A stretch of 17,296 nt of DNA from a candidate division WOR-3 bacterium. Lineage in GTDB: Bacteria; Hydrothermota; Hydrothermia; LBFQ01. Shown here piece by piece: positions 8,926 through 16,245 of this stretch (position 1 is its first letter; the number at the start of each line of letters is the position of its first letter). The stretch spans positions 1 to 17,296 of the forward strand of contig JALUCS010000023.1 of NCBI GenBank assembly GCA_027050205.1, in the 5' to 3' direction. Position numbers and translations under genes: made by a program. The notes beneath the pieces are model-generated. The model saw nothing but the letters and a program-made list of their open reading frames with translations. It was not told the DNA's origin and searched no databases.

Positions 8926-10298
8926 TACGGGCCATCCTTACCTCCAAGCCCTGGTACGAGTGGCTCCCACGGGACGCCTTTCTGGTCGGGGGAAGCGTCC
9001 GGGACCTCCTCCTTGGCAAGGTACCCAAGGACTGGGACGTAGCCCTCTGGGAACCGGAGAGGGTGGGGAGGCTACTCGCGAAGGAGCTGAAGGGCGCCTT
9101 CGTCCCCCTCGGTGAGGAGTTCGGGATATACAGGGTCGTCCTTGACGGGGAGCAGATAGACCTGACCCGGATAGAGGGGAGCATCTACGACGACCTCCTC
9201 AAGAGGGACCTCACCATAAACTCCGTAGCCGTCTCCCTCAACACGTGGGAGATAATAGACCCCTTTATGGGGGTGAGGGACCTCCGCGGCGGCATCATCC
9301 GTATGACCTCCGAGGAGAACCTAAGGGCGGACCCCCTCCGAATGCTCCGGGTGTTCCGCTTCGCCTATACCCTCAACTTTGAGATTGAGTACCGTACCCT
9401 CCTCGCCGTTCGGGCGAACTCCCACCTCATAGAGAGGGTGGCCCCGGAGAGGATACTGTACGAGCTGAAGCACATCCTCGCCTCCGACCGCTTCCACGAG
9501 GCTGTGGGCCTGATGGCCGACACGGGCCTGCTCTTCCGCATATTCCCGGAGCTGGAGAGGCTGACCCACCCCCTTGAGGGGCTTGAGACGGACGTCTGGA
9601 CCCACACCCTACTGGCTTTGAGGAGGTTGAACGTCGCCCTTGATACGTTGGAGGACGGACCCTTCACCTACTACCTCCACCGGTTGGAGGCCGTAAAGGA
9701 CAGGGAGGGGAGGCTGACGATGGTGTTGGGTACGATGTTTCACGACGTGGGGAAACCGGCCACCTACAAGCGGGACGAGAAGGGGGAGATCTCCTTCCAC
9801 GGCCACGACTACGTAGGGTCCAAGATATTCCGGCGGGTGGGGAGGCGGCTCCGTATGAGCAACGAACTCATAGACACCGTATCCCTCCTTGTGGCCGAGC
9901 ATATGCACCCCCACCTCCTAGCCACACCGGACGTGACGAGGAGGGCGCTTTTCCGGTACTACCGGCGGACGGGGAAGTGGGCCTTCCCCATAATCCTCCT
10001 GGCCTACGCCGACGCCTTGGCAACCCCCTTGAGGGCGGAGGGGGTGGCCGGACAGCTGCGCCTCGCCCGTAAGCTGGAGAACCTCTTGCGGGACCTGGAG
10101 GCGGAGGCAAACAGGCCCCCCCGTCTGGTGACAGGCCACGACATAAAGGCCCTCGGCCTACCTCCCGGCCCGATATACAAGAAGATCCTGAACGAGATTG
10201 AGGAGCTGCGGGCGGAAGGGACCATAAAGACGCGGGAGGAGGCCCTCCAAGTACTGAAGGAGCTGGTGGAGAGGTACAGGGAGGAGCCTTCCGGGTGA
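8913..10298 (+). CDS. Class II tRNA nucleotidyltransferase with HD domain (likely CC-adding subtype)
   Basis: Motif A VGGSVRD...KDWD, motif B KRDLTIN, motif D ADPLRMLR and ERILYEL. HD domain DVWTHT...FHDVGKP...GHDYVG...HMHPH...YAD. C-terminal VTGHDIKALGLPPGP. Confidence 0.92.
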   Translation: MVEVIRAILTSKPWYEWLPRDAFLVGGSVRDLLLGKVPKDWDVALWEPERVGRLLAKELKGAFVPLGEEFGIYRVVLDGEQIDLTRIEGSIYDDLLKRDLTINSVAVSLNTWEIIDPFMGVRDLRGGIIRMTSEENLRADPLRMLRVFRFAYTLNFEIEYRTLLAVRANSHLIERVAPERILYELKHILASDRFHEAVGLMADTGLLFRIFPELERLTHPLEGLETDVWTHTLLALRRLNVALDTLEDGPFTYYLHRLEAVKDREGRLTMVLGTMFHDVGKPATYKRDEKGEISFHGHDYVGSKIFRRVGRRLRMSNELIDTVSLLVAEHMHPHLLATPDVTRRALFRYYRRTGKWAFPIILLAYADALATPLRAEGVAGQLRLARKLENLLRDLEAEANRPPRLVTGHDIKALGLPPGPIYKKILNEIEELRAEGTIKTREEALQVLKELVERYREEPSG

Positions 10299-10319
10299 GT
10301 CGGTCGTTGCGGGGCCGAC
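10299..10319. terminator. GC-rich hairpin between convergent genes (possible terminator)
   Basis: gtcggtc-gttgcgg-ggccgac is a 7-bp stem with one G-U pair that nearly fills the 23-bp gap between two stop codons. No U-tract. Confidence 0.35.
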
Positions 10320-10321
10320 GC

Positions 10322-11800
10322 CTACCTGACGACCACCTTTCGGGCCTCGCTGCCAACCTTGACGAAGAAGACGCCGGAGGGTAAGGGTACGAAGCGGGTC
10401 CCGGATACCTCAAACTTCCCAACGAGCTTACCGGCGACGTTGAAGACCTCCACCCTTATGGGGATAGAGGAGGTTAGGGTTATGCCTCCGGTGGTGGGTG
10501 CTATCTTCAGGCCCAAATCCTGCGATTTCTCAAGCACCTCGGTACCATCGTCGTAAGACAGCGGATGGCACGCCCCGACATCGGATACGTTGTAATAGGC
10601 GTACAGCAGGTTCTTACTGTCCTTAACTATAACGATATCCGCCCTTCCCGTATCCGTAGTCTCGTCAAGGAGACCGACCCGAACGCCGTAGGGGTATGGA
10701 TCAGTACCGGAGCAGGAGTTTCCTCCGAAGTCTATGGGATGAACGACCCAAGTGGTAGTATCCACCTGCTCGTACCACTTGAGTACGGCTCCGCCGGATG
10801 GGGGACAGGCCGTAGCCGCAACGATGTCCATATCCCCATCGCAGTCAAGGTCGGCTATATTCACGCGGGAGAAAGGATTCTGATCCGATGGGCTTATACC
10901 GGCCGAGAGGTTGCTGTCAATCCGAAGTTCCTCAAAGTATCCACCCCGGTTGAACCATATGCTACCCCAGTGGCTCACGGCAATAATGTCCGGTAGGCTA
11001 TCCCCGTTTATATCGTAAGCCAGGATACCCTGCCACCGACCGACCCTGTCCACCGTATCTACGTCGTAGAACGAGGAGCCGTTGAAGTAATAAACGTAAA
11101 GGCCGTGGTTGGCCGTCGACCACCCGTGGCGGCTACACGCTGCATCTATGTACCCGTCCAAGTTGAAGTCCCCGAAGGCTATCCCATCGCCGCAGAGGTC
11201 GTCATCCCGTACTACGAGGGTGTTGGTATAGGCGTTGTAGAAGCTTACGCTGCCGTCGTAGGCGCTCCAGTATATCAGACCACCGCGCCCTACTATGCTA
11301 TTGGGGTTGTTGTACGAACCTGTATGGTATCGCAGTAGGGTATCGTGGTAGGATGGGAAGGCTCCGTCGGATACTATCATATAAACCGAGTGGTTTTCCC
11401 AGTGTCCGGCCGAGGCGAAGTCCTCTATACCATCGTCGTTTATGTCTCCTATGTTGGTTATGCCGTAAGCGGGCTGTGGACTTATCCTGTAAGCCGTGAA
11501 AGTGCCGGGTATTCCGGGGGAGGTTTGCTTCAGCACGTACGCCCCCTGCGTCCCGAGGTACCACACCCCGAAAGGTATATCCCTGATGCTGTCCCCATCC
11601 ACATCTACGATGGTCACGGATTTATCCGTTACGAGTTGGATCCTATCCGATGAACCGCCGGTGTAGATGAGGCACCTGCAGAAGGTCAGGGGACCGCTGG
11701 TGATGGTGGTACAGGAGGAGGGACAGGTCTGGGCGTTTAGAGAAACCGCCAAAAGCGGTGAAACCATAAGCGTTGTGAGTATCAATACCTTCCCTTTCAT
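10322..11800 (-). CDS. Secreted FG-GAP/VCBS repeat beta-propeller protein with T9SS type-A-like C-terminal domain
   Basis: Sec signal MKGKVLILTTLMVSPLLAVSLNA. Five clear DxDxDG-type repeats (DVDGDSIRD, DINDDGIED, DFNLDGYID, DINGDSLPD, DLDCDGDMD) plus a divergent sixth. C-terminus VEVFNVAGKLV...LPSGVFFVKV...RKVVVR. Confidence 0.88.
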   Translation of the reverse strand: MKGKVLILTTLMVSPLLAVSLNAQTCPSSCTTITSGPLTFCRCLIYTGGSSDRIQLVTDKSVTIVDVDGDSIRDIPFGVWYLGTQGAYVLKQTSPGIPGTFTAYRISPQPAYGITNIGDINDDGIEDFASAGHWENHSVYMIVSDGAFPSYHDTLLRYHTGSYNNPNSIVGRGGLIYWSAYDGSVSFYNAYTNTLVVRDDDLCGDGIAFGDFNLDGYIDAACSRHGWSTANHGLYVYYFNGSSFYDVDTVDRVGRWQGILAYDINGDSLPDIIAVSHWGSIWFNRGGYFEELRIDSNLSAGISPSDQNPFSRVNIADLDCDGDMDIVAATACPPSGGAVLKWYEQVDTTTWVVHPIDFGGNSCSGTDPYPYGVRVGLLDETTDTGRADIVIVKDSKNLLYAYYNVSDVGACHPLSYDDGTEVLEKSQDLGLKIAPTTGGITLTSSIPIRVEVFNVAGKLVGKFEVSGTRFVPLPSGVFFVKVGSEARKVVVR

Positions 11801-11809
11801 AACGGTAGA

Positions 11810-11815
11810 ATTATA
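11810..11815 (-). promoter_or_regulatory. -10 box (TATAAT), leaderless-type
   Basis: Minus strand cctTATAATtctaccgttATG: 9 nt spacer. Confidence 0.65.
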
Positions 11816-11940
11816 AGGTCGTACTGACGTCTATAACTCGAAACGAGTCTCTATCAAAATTTTCCATCATTGGGGTGGGAGGGTAGCTTTACTATTTTGC
11901 TATGAAAGGTGCAACAGCAGATCTCTTGGTGATATCCCCT

Positions 11941-12026
11941 GGGACGTCCGAACGGATGTTCGGAGAACGCTCCTTGACGTTTCAACTTCGGGGAATTTGA
12001 AGTCCTACCGTACGGACTAACGTCCC
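11941..12026 (-). ncRNA. Candidate structured RNA, tRNA-like cloverleaf (non-canonical)
   Basis: GGGACGT/ACGTCCC closing stem, TA, GTCC-GTACGGTA-GGAC D-like arm and further hairpins. No canonical T-loop or 7-nt anticodon loop. Confidence 0.25.
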
Positions 12027-12120
12027 CTATCCGTCTGATAAAATCGGGATAACACCGTCCCAAACGCCAGCGTTGGCAACCGAGCAGAAAACCGGGTGGC
12101 ATTCCTGTGGTCTCCACCCG

Positions 12121-12126
12121 TAAAAT
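12121..12126 (+). promoter_or_regulatory. -10 box (TAAAAT), leaderless-type nnr promoter
   Basis: cccgTAAAATctaagtgttATG: 9 nt spacer, no SD. Confidence 0.65.
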
Positions 12127-12135
12127 CTAAGTGTT

Positions 12136-13674
12136 ATGCGTGCGGTATTTTCGTTTTCGCACAGTAAGAGGTACGACGCATTTCTGGAGGAGGTCGGCAT
12201 TGCCTCTGAAACCCTGATGGAGATTGCGGCGGACGGCATTTTTCGCGAGGTAGCGGCGAGGGTAAAGATGAGGGGGGCGAGGGTGGTCGTGGTGGCCGGT
12301 AAGGGGAACAACGGAGGGGACGGTGTGGCCTGTGCCAGGCGGTGCGCCCTCGCCGGTGCCAAGGTGATAGTTTTCCTTCCTGAAGGGGAGTATTCCCCCC
12401 TCCTGCAGAAGCAGATAGACCTCTTCAAACGCTTTAACCTCGGCGAGATAAGGTACTACGGGGACCCGTCCATGGCCGCCGAGATAGGGAGGGCGGACGT
12501 GGTGGTAGACGCCATCTTCGGCGTAGGTTTCTCCGGGGAGATGAAGCCCCCCTACTCGGAGGTCGTTGAGACCATAAACGGCTACGCCAAGTACGTCGTA
12601 AGTGTGGATGTACCGTCGGGTGTAGACGAGAACGGCGAGGTGGGCGGTGTGGCCGTAAAGGCCAACCTGACGGTGTGCTTGGGCGCCCTGAAGACCTCCG
12701 TCCTCCTCTATCCGGGGAGACGCCTCGCCGGTGAGGTGGCGGTCGTAGACTTCGGCTTCCCGGTCGTTGAGGATCTCTCCCCCTACAGGCTCTACGAGGA
12801 CGAGGACGTAAGGGAGATGCTCCCCAAGAGGCTCGGCCACGAGAACAAGGGAAACTTCGGGCGGGTGGCCATCTTCTCCGGCTCGTACCAGTACCCCGGA
12901 ACGGTCTATATGACGGCCGTAGGGGCCTTGAGGAGCGGGGTAGGTCTGGTGTACAGCATCGTACCCAAGAGCCTAAAGCACGTGGTGAACTCCCCTCCCC
13001 CCCTGCCCGACGTGATTATGGTGGATGTACCCGACCGCAGGGGGCACTTCATCCGTGAGAACGTTGAGTACGTCGTCCAATCCAAGTTGAAGTTTGATGC
13101 GTACGTCGTTGGCCCCGGTATAACCCGGTACCCCGCCGCTCTGGAGTTCGTCAGCGTCCTTTTAAAGACCTTCCCACACGTACCGGGCGTGGTGGATGCC
13201 GACGCCCTGTTCGTCTTCAAGAACAGGCCCTTCCCCGAAAACCCTCGCCTCGTCCTTACCCCCCACCCCGGCGAGCTGGGAGCCATAACGGGTAAGTCCC
13301 CCCGTACGGTGGATAAGGAGAGGATAGCCGTAGCCCGCCGCATATCGGCCACCTTCCCCGGCGTCCTCGTCCTTAAGGGGGCGCCAACGGTCATAGCGCA
13401 CAAGGGGGAGGTGGTGATAAACCCAACTGGCAACACGACCTTAGCGAGAGGGGGCAGCGGAGACCTCCTGTCCGGCCTGATAGGAGGGTTGCTCGCCCAG
13501 GGTATGGACCCCTTCAAGGCTGCTATCGTAGGCACCTACATACACGGCAAGGCGGCCGAACTTATGCCCAGTGAGAGGCCCTACAGGGTCATAGAGGTGG
13601 GGAGCGCCCTCGCCGCCGCCTTCACCCTGATAGAGAAAGGGGAGGTACCCTTCATAGACGTAGCCAGCCGATGA
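12136..13674 (+). CDS. nnr: Bifunctional NAD(P)H-hydrate epimerase/dehydratase (YjeF)
   Basis: YjeF_N motifs LMEIAA, GKGNNGGDG, VVDAIFGVG, SVDVPSG. Carbohydrate-kinase-like domain NKGNFG, VVGPGI, VVDADAL, LTPHPGE, LVLKG, LARGGSGDLLSG. Confidence 0.96.
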   Translation: MRAVFSFSHSKRYDAFLEEVGIASETLMEIAADGIFREVAARVKMRGARVVVVAGKGNNGGDGVACARRCALAGAKVIVFLPEGEYSPLLQKQIDLFKRFNLGEIRYYGDPSMAAEIGRADVVVDAIFGVGFSGEMKPPYSEVVETINGYAKYVVSVDVPSGVDENGEVGGVAVKANLTVCLGALKTSVLLYPGRRLAGEVAVVDFGFPVVEDLSPYRLYEDEDVREMLPKRLGHENKGNFGRVAIFSGSYQYPGTVYMTAVGALRSGVGLVYSIVPKSLKHVVNSPPPLPDVIMVDVPDRRGHFIRENVEYVVQSKLKFDAYVVGPGITRYPAALEFVSVLLKTFPHVPGVVDADALFVFKNRPFPENPRLVLTPHPGELGAITGKSPRTVDKERIAVARRISATFPGVLVLKGAPTVIAHKGEVVINPTGNTTLARGGSGDLLSGLIGGLLAQGMDPFKAAIVGTYIHGKAAELMPSERPYRVIEVGSALAAAFTLIEKGEVPFIDVASR

Positions 13675-14089
13675 GGATCGCCCCCAGGCCCGCCACCGCC
13701 TGGGTGTAGGTAGCGTAGGCTACGAAACGGTAGGTCTCAAAGATGGCCCGTTTTACGTCCTCGGACTTCTCCTCCCTGTACCGATTCAGGAGGCGCCTGA
13801 CCCTACGCCTAAGGTACTCGGAGAAGAGGAGGGAGGCGAAGACAACCGCGGAGAGGAGGGTAGAGGCGTAGGATTCACCTACGGCGAGGGATAGGGTGGA
13901 TAGGGCGGTTAGGATCAGCCCCCACCGGTGGAAGCTGTTCTGGACGGACAGGGCGAACTCCCCCAGGGTCTCCCTCTTTAGGAGGCGACTCGCCACCGGC
14001 ACCACTACGGTGGTGTGAAATAGGAGGACCCCCATCCAGAAGGACAGGAGGGAGTACCCCAGCAGAGCGAAGTCAAACCTATGAAACAT
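13652..14089 (-). CDS. Small four-helix membrane protein (DUF4149-like)
   Basis: Four hydrophobic segments. FWMGVLLFHTTVVVPVASRLLKRETLG resembles the DUF4149/TMEM205 N-terminal pattern. Overlaps the upstream gene stop and the 3' end of nnr (23 bp, convergent). Confidence 0.65.
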   Translation of the reverse strand: MFHRFDFALLGYSLLSFWMGVLLFHTTVVVPVASRLLKRETLGEFALSVQNSFHRWGLILTALSTLSLAVGESYASTLLSAVVFASLLFSEYLRRRVRRLLNRYREEKSEDVKRAIFETYRFVAYATYTQAVAGLGAILIGWLRL

Positions 14090-15047
14090 CGGAGTAATCG
14101 CTTATGCGGAGTTTCAAGGCCTTACCCCTGACCTTGGCGTTCTCACCGAGGAGGGATCCGTCCAATATTGCGTTCTCCACGACGGCTCCGGCGTCTAAGA
14201 TACTGTTCTTTACGATGGAGTTCCTTATCACCGCCCCCTCCCCGACGTGGACGTTCGGCCCGACGATGCTCCCCTCAACTACGGCGGTGTCGTGGATATA
14301 GACGGGCGGCACTATGAGGCTGCCCTCCCTCTCCCGGTAGTGGGTGTTCCACTCAAGGAGTTTCCGCTGGGAGATTATGGTCTGATCAAGTGTGCCGCAG
14401 TCCAGCCACTCCTCCACCTCTACGGCCTTGACCTTCCATCCCCTCGCTATCATAACCTTCATCGCATCCGTAAGTTGATACTCCCCCTTGGTGCGGATGT
14501 CGCTCCGTATGATATGCTCTAAGGCCTCGTAGAGCAGGGGGATGTCCGTAAAGTAGTATATGCCGACTATGGCGAGGTTGGAGGGCGGAACTTCCGGTTT
14601 CTCAACCAAGTCTACGACGTACCCCCCTTCTATCCTGACCACCCCGAACCTCCTGGGGTCCTCCACGCTCTTGACGGCTATGAAGTCCCCACCTCGCATT
14701 GCCCCCTGCAGATCCATACGGAAGGGGGTATCACCAAGGACGACCAGTAAGGGTTCGTCGGGCTTGACCTTGCCTTTGGTCAGGTTTATGGCGTAGCCGA
14801 GGCCCAGCATCTCCTCCTTTCGCTGTACCACGTACTCCACCTCGTACCCCCTCCCCCTCACGTACTCCACCACGCTACGGCCGTTCTCACCGACGACCAG
14901 GATTATGCGATGGGCTATGTCGCCTATTTGGTCAAGGATATGCCCAATGATGGGCTTACCGGCGACGGGTATGAGGGCCTTAGGTTTGGTGAGTGATAGG
15001 GGACGCATCCTCTTTGCAAAACCTGCAGCGGGTATGACCACCTGCAT
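14079..15047 (-). CDS. Sugar-phosphate nucleotidyltransferase (glucose-1-phosphate thymidylyltransferase long-form family) with C-terminal left-handed beta-helix
   Basis: VIPAAGFAKRMRPLSLTKPKAL, LGD, DPRRFGVV, LVEKP, GIYYF, GEYQLTDA, WLDCGT, then hexapeptide repeats. Confidence 0.92.
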   Translation of the reverse strand: MQVVIPAAGFAKRMRPLSLTKPKALIPVAGKPIIGHILDQIGDIAHRIILVVGENGRSVVEYVRGRGYEVEYVVQRKEEMLGLGYAINLTKGKVKPDEPLLVVLGDTPFRMDLQGAMRGGDFIAVKSVEDPRRFGVVRIEGGYVVDLVEKPEVPPSNLAIVGIYYFTDIPLLYEALEHIIRSDIRTKGEYQLTDAMKVMIARGWKVKAVEVEEWLDCGTLDQTIISQRKLLEWNTHYREREGSLIVPPVYIHDTAVVEGSIVGPNVHVGEGAVIRNSIVKNSILDAGAVVENAILDGSLLGENAKVRGKALKLRISDYSDVS

Positions 15048-15108
15048 AGCCTTCTATTTTACTGTGGCACAGGGTCGGAGTTCCACCTGCACCCTTATAC
15101 TTCCCGCC
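15048..15108. promoter_or_regulatory. Compact divergent promoter pair
   Basis: Minus-strand TAAAAT (15056-15061) is 8 nt before ATG 15047. Plus-strand TATACT (15096-15101) is 7 nt before ATG 15109. Confidence 0.65.
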
Positions 15109-16245
15109 ATGGCTCACGCATATACACCCGGTTTGAAGGTTACGGAGAAGACACTGATAGTGAAGGAGAGGAGGCTCCCCCTGTGGGGAGACGTCCTCGT
15201 CAAGGAGGGGCAGAGGGTTAAAGCCGAGGACATAGTGGCCAAGGCCCAACTTCCCGGTCCGGTGTTCCCCAAGAACCTGGCCGGTGAGATGGGTATCCCA
15301 CCATCGGACCTTCCTAAGGTCCTCCTTGTCAAGAAGGGGGAGAGGGTTAAGAAGGGACAGGTAATAGCGAGGGCGAAGGTCTTCTTCGGTCTGTTCAAGG
15401 TTGAAGCCAAAGCACCCATAGACGGTATTCTTGAGGATTACTCTACCATAACGGGACAGGTCATATTCCGGGGTGAGCCTATACCCATAGAGGTCAAGGC
15501 CTACCTTGACGGTGTAGTGGAGAGGGTACTACCCAAGGAGGGGGTCGTAGTGCGCACCATAGCTGCTATGGTGCAGGGTATCTTCGGGGTAGGAGGTGAG
15601 AAGGTGGGGGGGACGGTGAAGGTGGCCGTCTCCTCACCGGACGAGGAGCTTACCCCGGACAAGGTGACGGAGGATTTGAGAGGTAAGGTGGTGATAGGGG
15701 GGAGGACGGCAAGGATAGACACCCTGCGTAAGTTGGCGGAGGTGGGTATAAACACCCTCGTGATAGGTTCCATAGACGACGCCGACCTCCACGAGTACGT
15801 GGGCTACGACATAGGCGTTGCCATAACCGGGAACGAGGACGTACCCTTCACCCTGATAGTAACCGAGGGCTTCGGTTCCCTCCCTATGGCCCGTCGCACC
15901 TTCAACCTCTTCAAGAAGTTTGAGGGCCTGAAGGCCTCCACCAACGGTGCCACCCAGATAAGGGCGGGTGTCCAGAGGCCGGAGGTCATAATCTTCCGTA
16001 AGGACGTGGATATGAACGAGGTTATAGAGGCGGAGGAGAGGCCAGAAAGTGGCCATCTGGACATAGGGACGGTCGTCAGGATAATACGGGAGCCTTTCTT
16101 CGGTGAGATCGGAGAGGTGGTGGAGCTGCCCAACGAGCCGGTGAAGATAGAAACGGAGTCGGTGGTCAGGGTACTGAAGGTCAAGCTGAAGGATGGCAGA
16201 GTGGTGGTGGTACCGAGAGCCAACGTTGAGCTCATAGAGGAGTGA
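15109..16245 (+). CDS. Conserved hypothetical protein with sandwich-barrel-hybrid-like segments and C-terminal KOW-like motif
   Basis: True start is probably ATG 15109 (MAHAYTPGLKV); the track start at 14905 overlaps the opposite gene. Contains VLVKEGQRVKAEDIVA, LLVKKGERVKKGQVIA, KAPIDGILED, KAYLDGVVERV and LDIGTVVRIIREPFFGEIGEVVE. Confidence 0.85.
   Translation: MAHAYTPGLKVTEKTLIVKERRLPLWGDVLVKEGQRVKAEDIVAKAQLPGPVFPKNLAGEMGIPPSDLPKVLLVKKGERVKKGQVIARAKVFFGLFKVEAKAPIDGILEDYSTITGQVIFRGEPIPIEVKAYLDGVVERVLPKEGVVVRTIAAMVQGIFGVGGEKVGGTVKVAVSSPDEELTPDKVTEDLRGKVVIGGRTARIDTLRKLAEVGINTLVIGSIDDADLHEYVGYDIGVAITGNEDVPFTLIVTEGFGSLPMARRTFNLFKKFEGLKASTNGATQIRAGVQRPEVIIFRKDVDMNEVIEAEERPESGHLDIGTVVRIIREPFFGEIGEVVELPNEPVKIETESVVRVLKVKLKDGRVVVVPRANVELIEE

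Noticed and set aside
11825..11918. Hammerhead-like (ctgacg...gaaac) and SRP-like (agg...agcag) fragments
   Set aside because: No CUGANGA core, and the helix-8 spacing does not fit SRP RNA.
11854..12428. ORFs 11854..12117(-) and 12027..12428(-); cloverleaf as an amber suppressor or tRNA-Pyl
   Set aside because: The ORFs show no motifs or host codon pattern. The cloverleaf loop has no CUA anticodon and no T-loop, so it cannot be linked to the merA TAG.
14905..15108. N-terminal extension of the 446-aa ORF (similarly 5898-5930 and 4487-4543)
   Set aside because: These extensions overlap other genes or promoters; better starts are 15109, 5931 and 4486.
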